IMG/VR virus record: IMGVR_UViG_3300045988_049759
Direction: 5' to 3' (one strand)
DNA length: 45,961 nt
DNA from: a virus
Shown: positions 45,761 through 45,961 of the stretch, piece after piece
Layout: each line of letters opens with the position of its first letter
Numbering within the stretch: position 1 is the first letter of the stretch
Made by a program: the position numbers and the translations under genes
Notes under the pieces: generated by a model
The model's input: only the letters and a program-made list of their open reading frames with translations
What the model was told of the DNA's origin: nothing
Databases searched by the model: none

Positions 45761-45961
45761 TAAATTCCATAATTGAATCAATCAGCATTTCCTTAAATGC
45801 TGAATTCGGTGATGAATACACCACATATACAGAATCGGTTGAACAGGGTTTGAACGAACCTTGTTTTTTTGTGTTCTGCATTAACCCCACAAACCGGGTA
45901 TTTCTTGGAAAGCGGTATTTCAGGGAAAACCAATTCTGCATACAATACTTCCCCGCCGATA
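45757..45961 (+). CDS. 5' part of the wrap-around neck/tail-completion gene (continues at 100..320 of the circle)
   Basis: ATGA overlap with the gp10-like gene. Open to the window end and in frame with 9..320. Confidence 0.6.
   Translation, partial: MINSIIESISISLNAEFGDEYTTYTESVEQGLNEPCFFVFCINPTNRVFLGKRYFRENQFCIQYFPAD
45863..45961. repeat. Terminal direct repeat, copy 2 (identical to 1..99)
   Basis: Same 99-nt string as 1..99. Confidence 0.95.

Overview
The window is a complete temperate phage genome of about 45.86 kb with a contractile tail. It is a circularly closed contig: bases 1..99 are identical to 45863..45961, and one neck gene runs across that junction. Strong AGGGGTGA-type Shine-Dalgarno sites suggest a Firmicutes-type host (inference only). 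Gene order on the + strand is: neck genes, sheath, tube, frameshifted tail chaperone, tape measure, PBSX/Xkd-like baseplate, tail fibre, DGR cassette, two small paralogs, holin and endolysin. A lysogeny module follows on the - strand (integrase, membrane protein, cI-like repressor). The + strand then carries early and replication genes (SprT-like, HTH proteins, SNF2 helicase, SLT, VRR-NUC, Cas4-like/Sak4-like fusion, PolB, primase-helicase), a DNA methyltransferase, an HD hydrolase, an ADP-ribosylglycohydrolase and a late regulator. Last come terS/terL, portal, a gp7-like head protein with a C-terminal ADP-ribosyltransferase domain, scaffold, major capsid and connectors. The strongest signal is a diversity-generating retroelement. 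The 116-bp VR at the 3' end of the tail-fibre gene differs from a downstream TR at 25 positions, all of them TR adenines, and a DGR-type reverse transcriptase follows. No Avd-like ORF is present. Other notable signals:
- An (AG)22 tract in the 5' end of the methyltransferase gene, which looks like a phase-variation switch.
- A virion ADP-ribosyltransferase paired with a separately encoded ADP-ribosylglycohydrolase.
- Two dense arrays of a TTGACTTA motif in two distant non-coding regions.
- A promoter-terminator-hairpin leader before terS, plus further intrinsic terminators inside the late operon, which suggests antitermination.
- A pair of roughly 95-bp intergenic repeats whose hairpin arms are swapped.
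All product calls rest on motif recognition by eye; no database search was run.
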